This document shows, one piece after another, positions 44,630 through 52,409 of a DNA stretch of 64,000 nt; position 1 is the stretch's first letter, and every line of letters starts with the position of its first letter. The notes beneath the pieces were generated by a model. The model made no database searches, was not told the DNA's origin, and saw only the letters and a program-made list of their open reading frames with translations. The position numbers and the translations under genes were made by a program. This DNA is from Lachnospiraceae bacterium (GTDB lineage Bacteria > Bacillota > Clostridia > Lachnospirales > Lachnospiraceae), in the NCBI GenBank assembly GCA_024685315.1, contig JAIKVW010000020.1, positions 7,385 to 71,384 of the forward strand, in the 5' to 3' direction.

Positions 44630-45593
44630 GTATCACCGCGATCCTTGCAAGGATCCCGATCCCCAGAATCAGCCACGAGGCGGCGTACATAAGGCGGTTT
44701 GACCGCTTTATATCCTCCGGCTCAATGGGTCTTATATCATCGCCGAGATATTCTTTTTTACGCACAACCCCGCCGTAGACCGCGTCCCCCGCGAGTCGCA
44801 CGTTCAGCGCCCCAGCGCAGACAGACTCGGTCTGCGCGGAGTTAGGGCTCGCATGCTTATAGCGGTCGCGCCGGAATATCCGGTACGCGGTCCTGCCGTC
44901 AAGGCCGCAGGCCGGGCAGACTGCGACCATCAGAAGCGCGCAGATCCGCGCCGGTATAAAGTTTACCGCGTCATCGGTCTTCGCCGCGGCTCTCCCGAAG
45001 TACAGGTATTTCTCGTTTTTGTATCCGAGCATTGAATCCATGGTGTTGACGGCTTTGTAAAAGAAGCCGCCTGCCGCGCCGAAAAGGAATATCCAGAACA
45101 GCGGGGCGGTCACCCCGTCGGAAGCATTCTCCGCGACGGTCTCCACTGCCGCGCGGCAGATCCCGCTCTCATCAAGCACATCCGTATCGCGGCCGACAAT
45201 ATACGATACCGCGTTCCGGGCGCCCTCAACATCACCCTTTTCAAGCGTCCTCTGCACTTTCGAGCTCTCTATCTCAAGCTGCCTCGCTGCGACCAGCTGC
45301 CAGCACATGATGCTGTTTACCGCAAGGTAAACGATGGGATGGATCTTCCACATGCAGAAAAGGAGCGCCGCCGGGACCGCGGTCGAAACTGCTGCGACGA
45401 TGATCACCGTCAGTATACCTCGCCCGACATCATTTATATTGCTGTTCCCGCGCCGGAATTTTTTATCCAGAAAGGAGATCAGCCTGCCGATCGCAGCTAC
45501 CGGGTGAGGCAGCGCGTAGGGATCCCCGGCAAAAAAATCTATAATGAAGCCGATCAGGACAGCTGCGGTCTGGTAAATGATTAGTCTTGTCAT
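44610..45593 (-). CDS. cbiB: Adenosylcobinamide-phosphate synthase
   Basis: Membrane protein with [19 protein letters not shown] signature. Start set at ATG 45591-45593 (MTRLIIY). Confidence 0.85.
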   Translation of the reverse strand: MTRLIIYQTAAVLIGFIIDFFAGDPYALPHPVAAIGRLISFLDKKFRRGNSNINDVGRGILTVIIVAAVSTAVPAALLFCMWKIHPIVYLAVNSIMCWQLVAARQLEIESSKVQRTLEKGDVEGARNAVSYIVGRDTDVLDESGICRAAVETVAENASDGVTAPLFWIFLFGAAGGFFYKAVNTMDSMLGYKNEKYLYFGRAAAKTDDAVNFIPARICALLMVAVCPACGLDGRTAYRIFRRDRYKHASPNSAQTESVCAGALNVRLAGDAVYGGVVRKKEYLGDDIRPIEPEDIKRSNRLMYAASWLILGIGILARIAVILAFTAV

Positions 45594-45706
45594 TTGTTTG
45601 TCCTCTATTGCCTTTCCATTATAGTGCATTTCAGCAAAAAACGGAAACGGCGCTCTTAAGGATCCTTCCTCAAGAACGCCGCTGCTTTTATCACCTGCCG
45701 GATAGT

Positions 45707-46150
45707 TTATTTTTCTGATGCTATTTTGCTGTAAAGGGAAGAAAGCGATATTCCGAGAGCCTCGGTTGCGGCCTTTTTCCCTTTGGTGTCGTGTCCGAAC
45801 CGGTCGAGAGCCTTCTCGATTTCATTTCTCCCGAACGCCCTGACGAGCTCCGAAAGTTCCTTTACGGGATGGTCCTGCTCGTCCTCCGTGTACATCTGGC
45901 GCGGCAGGCATCCGGCATCAATATAACCGTCATTGGACATCATTGCCGCATACTCGACGCAGTTCCTGAGTTCACGGATATTGCCAGGCCAGCTGTATCT
46001 CCTAAAGAAGCAAGAAATGATGCCCGTGATAACGGGAACGATGATAAGTGCTACCAGTGGTGATAATTTCTTTGTCATTATCAGCACCAGCATAGCGATG
46101 ACTGTCAGAAAGCCAAGAATTGCTAACTTTTTTCCTCCCCTAAAAATTTT
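45707..46150 (-). pseudogene. Chimeric remnant: CitMHS transporter 5' end (start codon lost) fused in frame to the 3' end of a sigma-54 activator
   Basis: 45707-46003 aligns with 54397-54693 (regulator C-terminus RRYSWPGNIRELRNCVEYAAMMSNDG...SLSSLYSK). About 46004-46150 aligns with 58960-59110 (transporter N-terminus LGFLTVIAMLVLIMTKKLSPLVALIIVPVITGIISCFF plus its RBS). The transporter ATG is replaced (AAAAAAGTTAGCA versus AAAAAAATGTTAGCA). Confidence 0.75.
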
Positions 46151-46290
46151 AGATGATAGAACTTCAGGACCATCCCTTCTTCGTCGGGACCCAGGCACAC
46201 CCTGAATTCAAGTCACGCCCGAACAAGGCTCACCCCCTGTTCCGCGGGCTTATCAAGGCGGCCGTAAAATACCAGGGCGAAAAAGCATAA
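46151..46290 (+). pseudogene. Orphan 3' fragment (about 45 codons) of a diverged pyrG copy
   Basis: Aligns with the authentic pyrG 3' end (about 39380-39521). It reads [45 protein letters not shown] against [47 protein letters not shown]. Confidence 0.75.
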
Positions 46291-46356
46291 AAAGAAATTT
46301 CAGTATAAAAAAAGGGCTGTCGCAATAGATGTTGCTGCAGCCCTCACTTATCGGCG

Positions 46357-46386
46357 AAAATCCGGCCTCCTCAGCCGGATTTTTTC
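46357..46386 (+). terminator. Terminator following the pyrG fragment
   Basis: AAAATCCGGC (46357-46366) pairs with GCCGGATTTT (46374-46383). The T-run continues past the stem. Confidence 0.55.
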
Positions 46387-46492
46387 CGGTTATGACGAAA
46401 TTACTGGCGGAATCCAAAATTCTGGAGACTCTAACTAAAGCCGCCCACAAACTAAGCGCCTTCGATTGATCTTTGTTTTGACTGGTCAAATT

Positions 46493-48118
46493 TTATGAAG
46501 CTTTCAGTTCCGTCAGGAACTTGCCTGTCCGGCCTCCCTGAATCTTGAAATGAAGCTTGTTGATGTTGTAGGCAATGGCAAGCAGAACGCTCTGGGCCAG
46601 TACGTTTTCCTTTCCCCGGTAAAGATATCGGCGGAAATTCATGTCCTCTTTTATAACGGCAAAGCTGCCTTCGGCCTGAATGCTTCTGTTCATCCTGAGC
46701 TGTGTCCCGTACTCCGTTGTGATCCGTTCAAGAGTTTCCTGCCTCTTCTGTTTCATCACTTTAGAGACGTTCAGCCGTTTATTGCGTTCCTCCAGCGGTG
46801 TCTTGCAGTTGTTGCCGTGAATACATTTGTCTTTATAAGGGCATCCCTGACAGCTTTCACATTCGTAGACAGTCACTGTACTTACGTAGCCATTCCGGTT
46901 TTTGCTGCGACGGTCATATAACGGCCTGAGCTTCTTTCCTTTTGAGCAGATATATTCATCCGTCTCAGGATCATATTCCATGTTCTCTCTCCGGCTGATA
47001 TCCTGGCGATATTTCCGGGTCTTCGATATTTAGTAATTCTGTGGCTTCAGATACGATTCCTGTCCATTCTGCTCCAGAAATACATAAGCTTCCTCGCTTT
47101 CATATCCGGCGTCCGCAACGATCTCTTTGTACTTAAACGACAGATGCTCCTCCATGTCTTTTAAAAATGGGACAAGCGTCAGGACATCCGTTGGATGACT
47201 GCTCAGATCGAGCCATGTGATGTATTGCGCGTCAACTCCATGCTGAAGATTATAGGCGGGTTTCAGCTTCCCATTCAGCATCGCGTCTTCCTTCAGCCTC
47301 ATGAATGTCGCATCCGGATCCGTTTTAGAATAACTGTTCCGCTCTCCGCAGATATGAAGATGTTTTGTGTATTCTTTCAGCTTGCTGATATATTCCTCCA
47401 GCGTTTCAATGGACTTCTGCAACTGGCTTTTCCGGTGGCCGGCACCATAGACGAAAGGGATCTGTTCATCTTCCTTGATCTGATAGAGTTTTTTGCGCAG
47501 CCGCTTCATGGTATGCAGCGTCGCTTTTCCGTTATAAACCACCTTGATTCCGTACAGCGCCTCGCATTCTTCAATGAAAGAAACGATCTTCTCAAACAGA
47601 TGGGCCTGGCGCTTTGTGACAGACTTTTTCCAGACAAAAGTGTACTTATTCGCGCAGGATTCTATCTTTGTCCCATCAATAAATATCGTCTTGCCGGAGA
47701 TCTCCCCCAGTTCATAGAGCACAGAGGAAACATTGGCCAGGATCGTTTTGGAACAGGCGGAAAGGTGGAGTGAAAGAAACCGTGCAATCGTGGCATGATC
47801 CGGAGCCGGCATCCCTTCAAGGAGGAACATGAAGTTAATGTCTCTTTTGCAGACTGTCTCGATGTCACGGCTGGAAAACAGACGGTTCATGGAAGCGTAG
47901 ATCATGATCTTAAGCATCTGACGCGGTGACGCCTGATTTTTCCGGACCCTGTCGTAGGTAGCATAGAGTTCCGAAAGGTCCATTCCCTCCACAAATGCGC
48001 TCAGAAGGCGGACTGGGTCATCAGCCGGGATCATGGTTTCCATTTCGAGTGGAAGTTTGAATTGATAATAGCCTTGATATGCTGTATAATTTGGCTGTAA
48101 ATGTAATGGTTTTCGCAT
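46493..48118 (-). mobile_element. IS1182-family insertion sequence: transposase gene interrupted by a single in-frame TAA (element ends not defined)
   Basis: ORFs 47030..48118 (MRKPLHLQPNYTAYQGYYQFKLPLE...DDPVRLLSAFVEGMDL, IS1182/IS5-type N-terminus) and 46493..46981 (DDE C-terminal part ...QAEGSFAVIKEDMNFRRYLYRGKENV) are in the same frame. They are separated only by TAA (47030-47032) plus 16 sense codons (ISKTRKYRQDISRREN). Confidence 0.8.
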
Positions 48119-48217
48119 GCTATTATTTTACAACAAAGCCCGGACTTTTCGAAGCCCGGGTCTTTGTTTTTAAGAGAAATTCAGCCAGCCGGCCTAATTT
48201 CCATCCTATGTAAAAGA

Positions 48218-48246
48218 GCTGTCGCACTATTCCTTAGTGCGACAGC
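48218..48246 (-). terminator. Terminator hairpin of the MFS/hydrolase unit (left copy of an inverted repeat pair)
   Basis: GCTGTCGCACTA (48218-48229), loop TTCCT, TAGTGCGACAGC (48235-48246). The minus strand continues TCTTTTAC. Confidence 0.55.
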
Positions 48247-48310
48247 CCCGAATTAAAAGTGTCGGGAGTTTTTTGTATTTCTCCGAAGGAAAGTGCTGAT
48301 TTTATGCGGG

Positions 48311-49582
48311 CTACAGTGCCTCTTCCTTCTTGTTCGGAGCCGGGATATACTTATCCGGAATAACGAACGAGAGGATGAGGGGAACTATAGAGAGTGCGCC
48401 AAAGAACAGCACGGAATAGGTAACTCCGCCAAATCCCGCAATGATCTTCGCAACGATGATGTATGCCAAGGCTACGATGGCGTTTACGAGCGAAGTCAGA
48501 TAGCGGTTCGCATAGTTGAAGTGGACCGCGCCATAGAGGTTTACGAGCGTGCTTACCATCAGGTTCGCGAGAGCGCCTGCTCCGAAGTACATCAGGAACC
48601 ACATTGCAAGACCGATCTTGCTGTTGGTCCTGCCAAGGAAGAAGCAGCACAGCATCGCGATCGTGAATAGGATAGAGAAGACACTCGTTGCAAACTTTGT
48701 ACCCTTTTTGCTGTCGATGACGCCTAAAACAAAACTTCCGAGGCATGCGGTCGCAGCCAATGCCATCGTAATTTTTGCAACACTGTCGCCATAGCCGAAT
48801 TCCGTTATCAGACTGGAAGAGATGACGCCGCAGCCTCTGTTGCACAGATTAAGAACGCCAAACAGCAGAATATATACGATACCTGTCTTGCTGCAGATCA
48901 GCTGTTTGACTGTCCAGTAGCTTCCATCGGACTGAACGGTCTTCTGTGCATCAGCCTCCATCGGGCGGTTATCAGGAAGCATATTTACCAATGCGGGAGT
49001 CTCTTTTATCCAGAACAGGCAGACGATTCCGAGTATCAGGTAAAACACGGCAAAAAGGTCCATCGTTCCAGTAAAACCACGGGCGGCAACACTGGCCTTA
49101 ATGATGGGCACAATGATGAAGGAAACAGCAAATACACCGATCGTCGTGATACCGAATACTGTGCCTCTAGTTCTCGGGAACCAGTTGGCGATCAGTCCGT
49201 TACCGCCGATCTGAACGATGCAGGCAAGACCGAACCCCTGGATGATGACAAGAAGTGTATACGCACCGATCGTCATGCAATGACCCCACATAAATGAAGT
49301 GATGCATAAGATGATAAAGCCTACGCAAAAGATCCTGTTGAGTTTGATCTTTTTAGCCAGTGGCGCTATGGCAAAAATACCCACGCACAGAGCCAGGGTC
49401 CCATAAGTGTTCACAGATAAGATGTCGGTAAACGGGATCCCGGTGTTGGCCGCAAACAGCGCACAAATAGTGCTGACGCCCAAAACCTGATATAACGAGA
49501 ACAGCATGTAGTGCAGGAAATTGAACACTACGTATGAGTAACCTAAAGCAAAGAAGGGCCTTACTGTACCTTTGGTCTCCAT
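48311..49582 (-). CDS. MFS transporter
   Basis: 423-aa ORF with about 12 hydrophobic helices throughout. Family call is from topology only. Confidence 0.75.
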   Translation of the reverse strand: METKGTVRPFFALGYSYVVFNFLHYMLFSLYQVLGVSTICALFAANTGIPFTDILSVNTYGTLALCVGIFAIAPLAKKIKLNRIFCVGFIILCITSFMWGHCMTIGAYTLLVIIQGFGLACIVQIGGNGLIANWFPRTRGTVFGITTIGVFAVSFIIVPIIKASVAARGFTGTMDLFAVFYLILGIVCLFWIKETPALVNMLPDNRPMEADAQKTVQSDGSYWTVKQLICSKTGIVYILLFGVLNLCNRGCGVISSSLITEFGYGDSVAKITMALAATACLGSFVLGVIDSKKGTKFATSVFSILFTIAMLCCFFLGRTNSKIGLAMWFLMYFGAGALANLMVSTLVNLYGAVHFNYANRYLTSLVNAIVALAYIIVAKIIAGFGGVTYSVLFFGALSIVPLILSFVIPDKYIPAPNKKEEAL

Positions 49583-49637
49583 TATTTTCCTCCTTAATTA
49601 TTGTCACAAAAGCAGTATATGCAGGATTGATCAACAG

Positions 49638-51335
49638 TTATCTTTTGGGAATTACCGGTAACAGTATGTACGGTCTTTCTTCACCCTTTGAAATGATCGT
49701 CGTAGTCCCCAACAGCGAAGCGGGTTTCTTCTCCATATTGTGAGAATAAGCGCCCTGCCCTTTCCAGGGGGCTCCATAGGCATTCTTTGTCCAAAGTCTT
49801 TCGTCTTTCAGTTCAAAGTCTTTGCTGCTTACGGAGAAACCGAACCTATAGCCTTTGGGAATGATGACCGATGTCGGCCATACTTCCACATCCAGCTCGG
49901 TCTTCTCACCGGGAACTAAAGGGATCACTTCATCATGCGTGTGATAAGGCCGAAAGAACGTGCTCTTTTCGGGGTCGAGCTTTCTGTGGGAAGCCCGGAG
50001 CCAGCCCGTTGCAACAACTCCGTGAGGATCGCTTGCAGCAACAAAAGTCACGTCCGTTCCGCTCGGATCGATCACTCTCATCGTCAGGAAAATATCCGCG
50101 TCCGTCGTGTCGGAAGCCGCGTAGATCTTTGCAGCGATAGGCCCGGTGATCTCCAGCTGCTCTTCGAGCGGCTCAGAAATGAAATCGAGCCCCTCGCTGT
50201 CCGCGCTGAACGATAATTCGTAATCGGCATTCGGATCTTTCGAGAATCTGCCTTCAGCACTGAAATAATACTTTGTCCACTCTGTACGGGCGATCGGCCA
50301 TTCCTGTTCCTCCACATCCACAAAGGAGCCGTCTACATTTCTCAGTCTAAGATGTACCGGAGCCTGGTGCCAGGTATCAAGTCCCTTAAGGTAGTGATCA
50401 AGGAATGCCTGCTGCATCTTTCTGCCGTAATCCGTATAGAATTCCGTAAAATGCTCAAGGCCATGGATCTCAAGGAACTTGTCCTTGGAGGGTACATTAA
50501 GAAATCCTTCAATATTTCCGCGGAGATGAAGGGCATTGCCGCCCCAGTTCCCGCAGGAAAGGACCGGAATCTCGATCTTTGAAAGATCGATCTTCCTCTC
50601 GTTATAAACATCCGCATCTACGAGCTCTTCTTTGCCGAACTCACTGATGAAATCGATACGCTTTTTTTCAAGCTCTTCTTCAGAAAGCATTTCGGGACCG
50701 CAAAGCCAGTCTCCGGTCAGGGCCCCGATCATTCCGTTATATCCCAGACCGTGCTGAAGAGTTTTGACCTGGCGGGGATACCATAATGCCAGCATATCGT
50801 GAAGGACACCGCCATGACGTGCTGCCTCCCGATAAAAATCGTTGAATCCCTCAAAAGGAATGATCGCTTTCAGATGCGGGGGACGCTTTGCCGCAGCTGC
50901 CCACTGCATCGTTGCATAGTACGAAATGCCCAGGCCTCCGATATTGCCGTCACACCACGGAAGGCTGGCAATATGTTCTATGCACTGGCAGTAGTCTTCT
51001 GCCTCCCGTTCGCTCCAGCAATTGATCTCGCCTTCTGACCTGCCTGATCCTCTCGAATCGAAGCGAACACTGGCATACCCCTCAGGGATCCATTTTTCCG
51101 GATCGATATTCTCCCAATTGAGATACTTTGCACTCGTATTCTCGAGGATCTCGGGATAACAGGTCCTGATCCGATCCCAGAAAGCCTGATAGTTCTGGGT
51201 AAAATGCATGCCCTTTCCATATGGTCCGTAAGTAACGATCGCGGGATACTGTTTGTCATCGTCAGGCCGATAGACGTCATATCGCAGAACAGTGCCGTCA
51301 TCCACGACCAGTTCCAGATCATGTTCAATAATCAT
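49638..51335 (-). CDS. CocE/NonD-family serine hydrolase (X-Pro dipeptidyl-peptidase S15 fold)
   Basis: LRYDVYRPDDDKQYPAIVTYGPYGKG start typical of the CocE/NonD family, then a GISYYA nucleophile-like elbow and a large C-terminal beta domain. Start set at ATG 51333-51335 (MIIEHD). An upstream TTG or ATG start is also possible. Confidence 0.75.
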   Translation of the reverse strand: MIIEHDLELVVDDGTVLRYDVYRPDDDKQYPAIVTYGPYGKGMHFTQNYQAFWDRIRTCYPEILENTSAKYLNWENIDPEKWIPEGYASVRFDSRGSGRSEGEINCWSEREAEDYCQCIEHIASLPWCDGNIGGLGISYYATMQWAAAAKRPPHLKAIIPFEGFNDFYREAARHGGVLHDMLALWYPRQVKTLQHGLGYNGMIGALTGDWLCGPEMLSEEELEKKRIDFISEFGKEELVDADVYNERKIDLSKIEIPVLSCGNWGGNALHLRGNIEGFLNVPSKDKFLEIHGLEHFTEFYTDYGRKMQQAFLDHYLKGLDTWHQAPVHLRLRNVDGSFVDVEEQEWPIARTEWTKYYFSAEGRFSKDPNADYELSFSADSEGLDFISEPLEEQLEITGPIAAKIYAASDTTDADIFLTMRVIDPSGTDVTFVAASDPHGVVATGWLRASHRKLDPEKSTFFRPYHTHDEVIPLVPGEKTELDVEVWPTSVIIPKGYRFGFSVSSKDFELKDERLWTKNAYGAPWKGQGAYSHNMEKKPASLLGTTTIISKGEERPYILLPVIPKR

Positions 51336-51412
51336 ATTATCTCTTTTGATCAAAATATGGCCTCCGTTTACATACATCAAAATAATACGTAGTGTGCGCA
51401 CAAGCATTTTGG

Positions 51413-51517
51413 TGTATACATCAAAATGCTTATTTAGAGCATATCAGCCTATATATGGTTTGTCAAGCCGCTTTTATAGGATTATATGTATACATTCAAT
51501 CAAATTTAGTGTATACA
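51413..51517. promoter_or_regulatory. Three copies of the palindrome TGTATACA(T) in the divergent promoter region: candidate GntR/FadR operators
   Basis: TGTATACA occurs at 51413-51420, 51487-51494 and 51510-51517, each followed by T. A 12-nt direct repeat ATACATCAAAAT occurs at 51373-51384 and 51416-51427. Confidence 0.45.
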
Positions 51518-51627
51518 TTTGGGGCTTGTTTTGTTACACTAATTGATGTAAAATCGTTATAATATTTGCTGCGGCAAAAACAGAAACAACGCAAAATTGG
51601 CAGAAGCATAATCGAAAGAAAGGATAT

Positions 51628-52320
51628 ATGATGCCGCTTCCGGCTGCATCATATCAAAACAGAATGGCCAGATCGAATAATACACCGGCATGGAAGACCG
51701 TTTATGATTCTTTAAAATCTCAGATTCTGATGGGAACATACGGTAAGGATTCATACCTTACCGAAACTTCCATCGCAGAACAGTTTAATGTCAGCAGGAC
51801 TCCTGTCCGTGACGCCGTGCAGAGACTTATTGCCGAAGGCTTCCTGACCAGTGTTCACCGGAAAGGATTAAGGATAAACTATTCCCGGAATGAAGACGCA
51901 ATACATCTGTTCTATATTTTTAAAGCGCTGGAGCCCATCTCTGCGAAACTTGCTGCGCTGAACAGAACCGAAGAAGAACTGGAAGAATTGATTGCGATCC
52001 ACAAGGGCGATCTGTTTTATTATCAGGAGGAAGGACAGAATTCGCCCGCATTATCAAATTACAATTTTCATATCGCTATCGCAAAAGCATCGCACAATCC
52101 GTATATTATAGATTTTGTCAAACAGCTTCACTCCCACCTGCTTAGTATAGATGCATTTGGCATCAACGTTGTCGCTTCCTCCAATAACCGGATATCAAAC
52201 GAGGAACTGATACTGCATGAAAAGATTCTTGATGCGATTGCTCATCATGATGCTGACCTTGCGGAATTCTTAATGAACAGACATATCGACCAGTTCATCG
52301 AACTCGCCTCTGGAAAATAA
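51628..52320 (+). CDS. GntR-family transcriptional regulator, FadR (FCD) subfamily
   Basis: 230-aa ORF. wHTH LTETSIAEQFNVSRTPVRDAVQRLIAEGFLTSVHRKGLRI and an all-helical C-terminal domain. Confidence 0.85.
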   Translation: MMPLPAASYQNRMARSNNTPAWKTVYDSLKSQILMGTYGKDSYLTETSIAEQFNVSRTPVRDAVQRLIAEGFLTSVHRKGLRINYSRNEDAIHLFYIFKALEPISAKLAALNRTEEELEELIAIHKGDLFYYQEEGQNSPALSNYNFHIAIAKASHNPYIIDFVKQLHSHLLSIDAFGINVVASSNNRISNEELILHEKILDAIAHHDADLAEFLMNRHIDQFIELASGK

Positions 52321-52353
52321 TCTAATAGCCTGATATGACAAAAAGCGTTAGAA

Positions 52354-52388
52354 GGGGCTGTTGCACTAAGGAATAGTGCGACAGCCCC
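52354..52388 (+). terminator. Terminator hairpin shared by the GntR gene and convergent glmS (right copy of the inverted repeat pair)
   Basis: GGGGCTGTTGCACTA, loop AGGAA, TAGTGCGACAGCCCC. TTGTCTTTTAC follows. Confidence 0.55.
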
Positions 52389-52409
52389 TTGTCTTTTACG
52401 TTATATATA

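Noticed and set aside
45594-45706. Cobalamin riboswitch upstream of cbiB; an ACCTGCCGG string (about 45692-45700) resembles the end of a B12 box
   Set aside because: The string is on the wrong (plus) strand for cbiB, and the interval is too short for the riboswitch.
46253-46489. 78-aa minus-strand ORF between the pyrG fragment and the IS
   Set aside because: It overlaps two terminator hairpins and the tail of the pyrG fragment. No RBS or motif.
46440-48200. Attempt to define the terminal inverted repeats and target-site duplication of the IS1182 element
   Set aside because: I could not find convincing inverted termini by eye. Only a 10-nt direct TCTTTGTTTT occurs on both sides. The boundaries are therefore left undefined rather than guessed.
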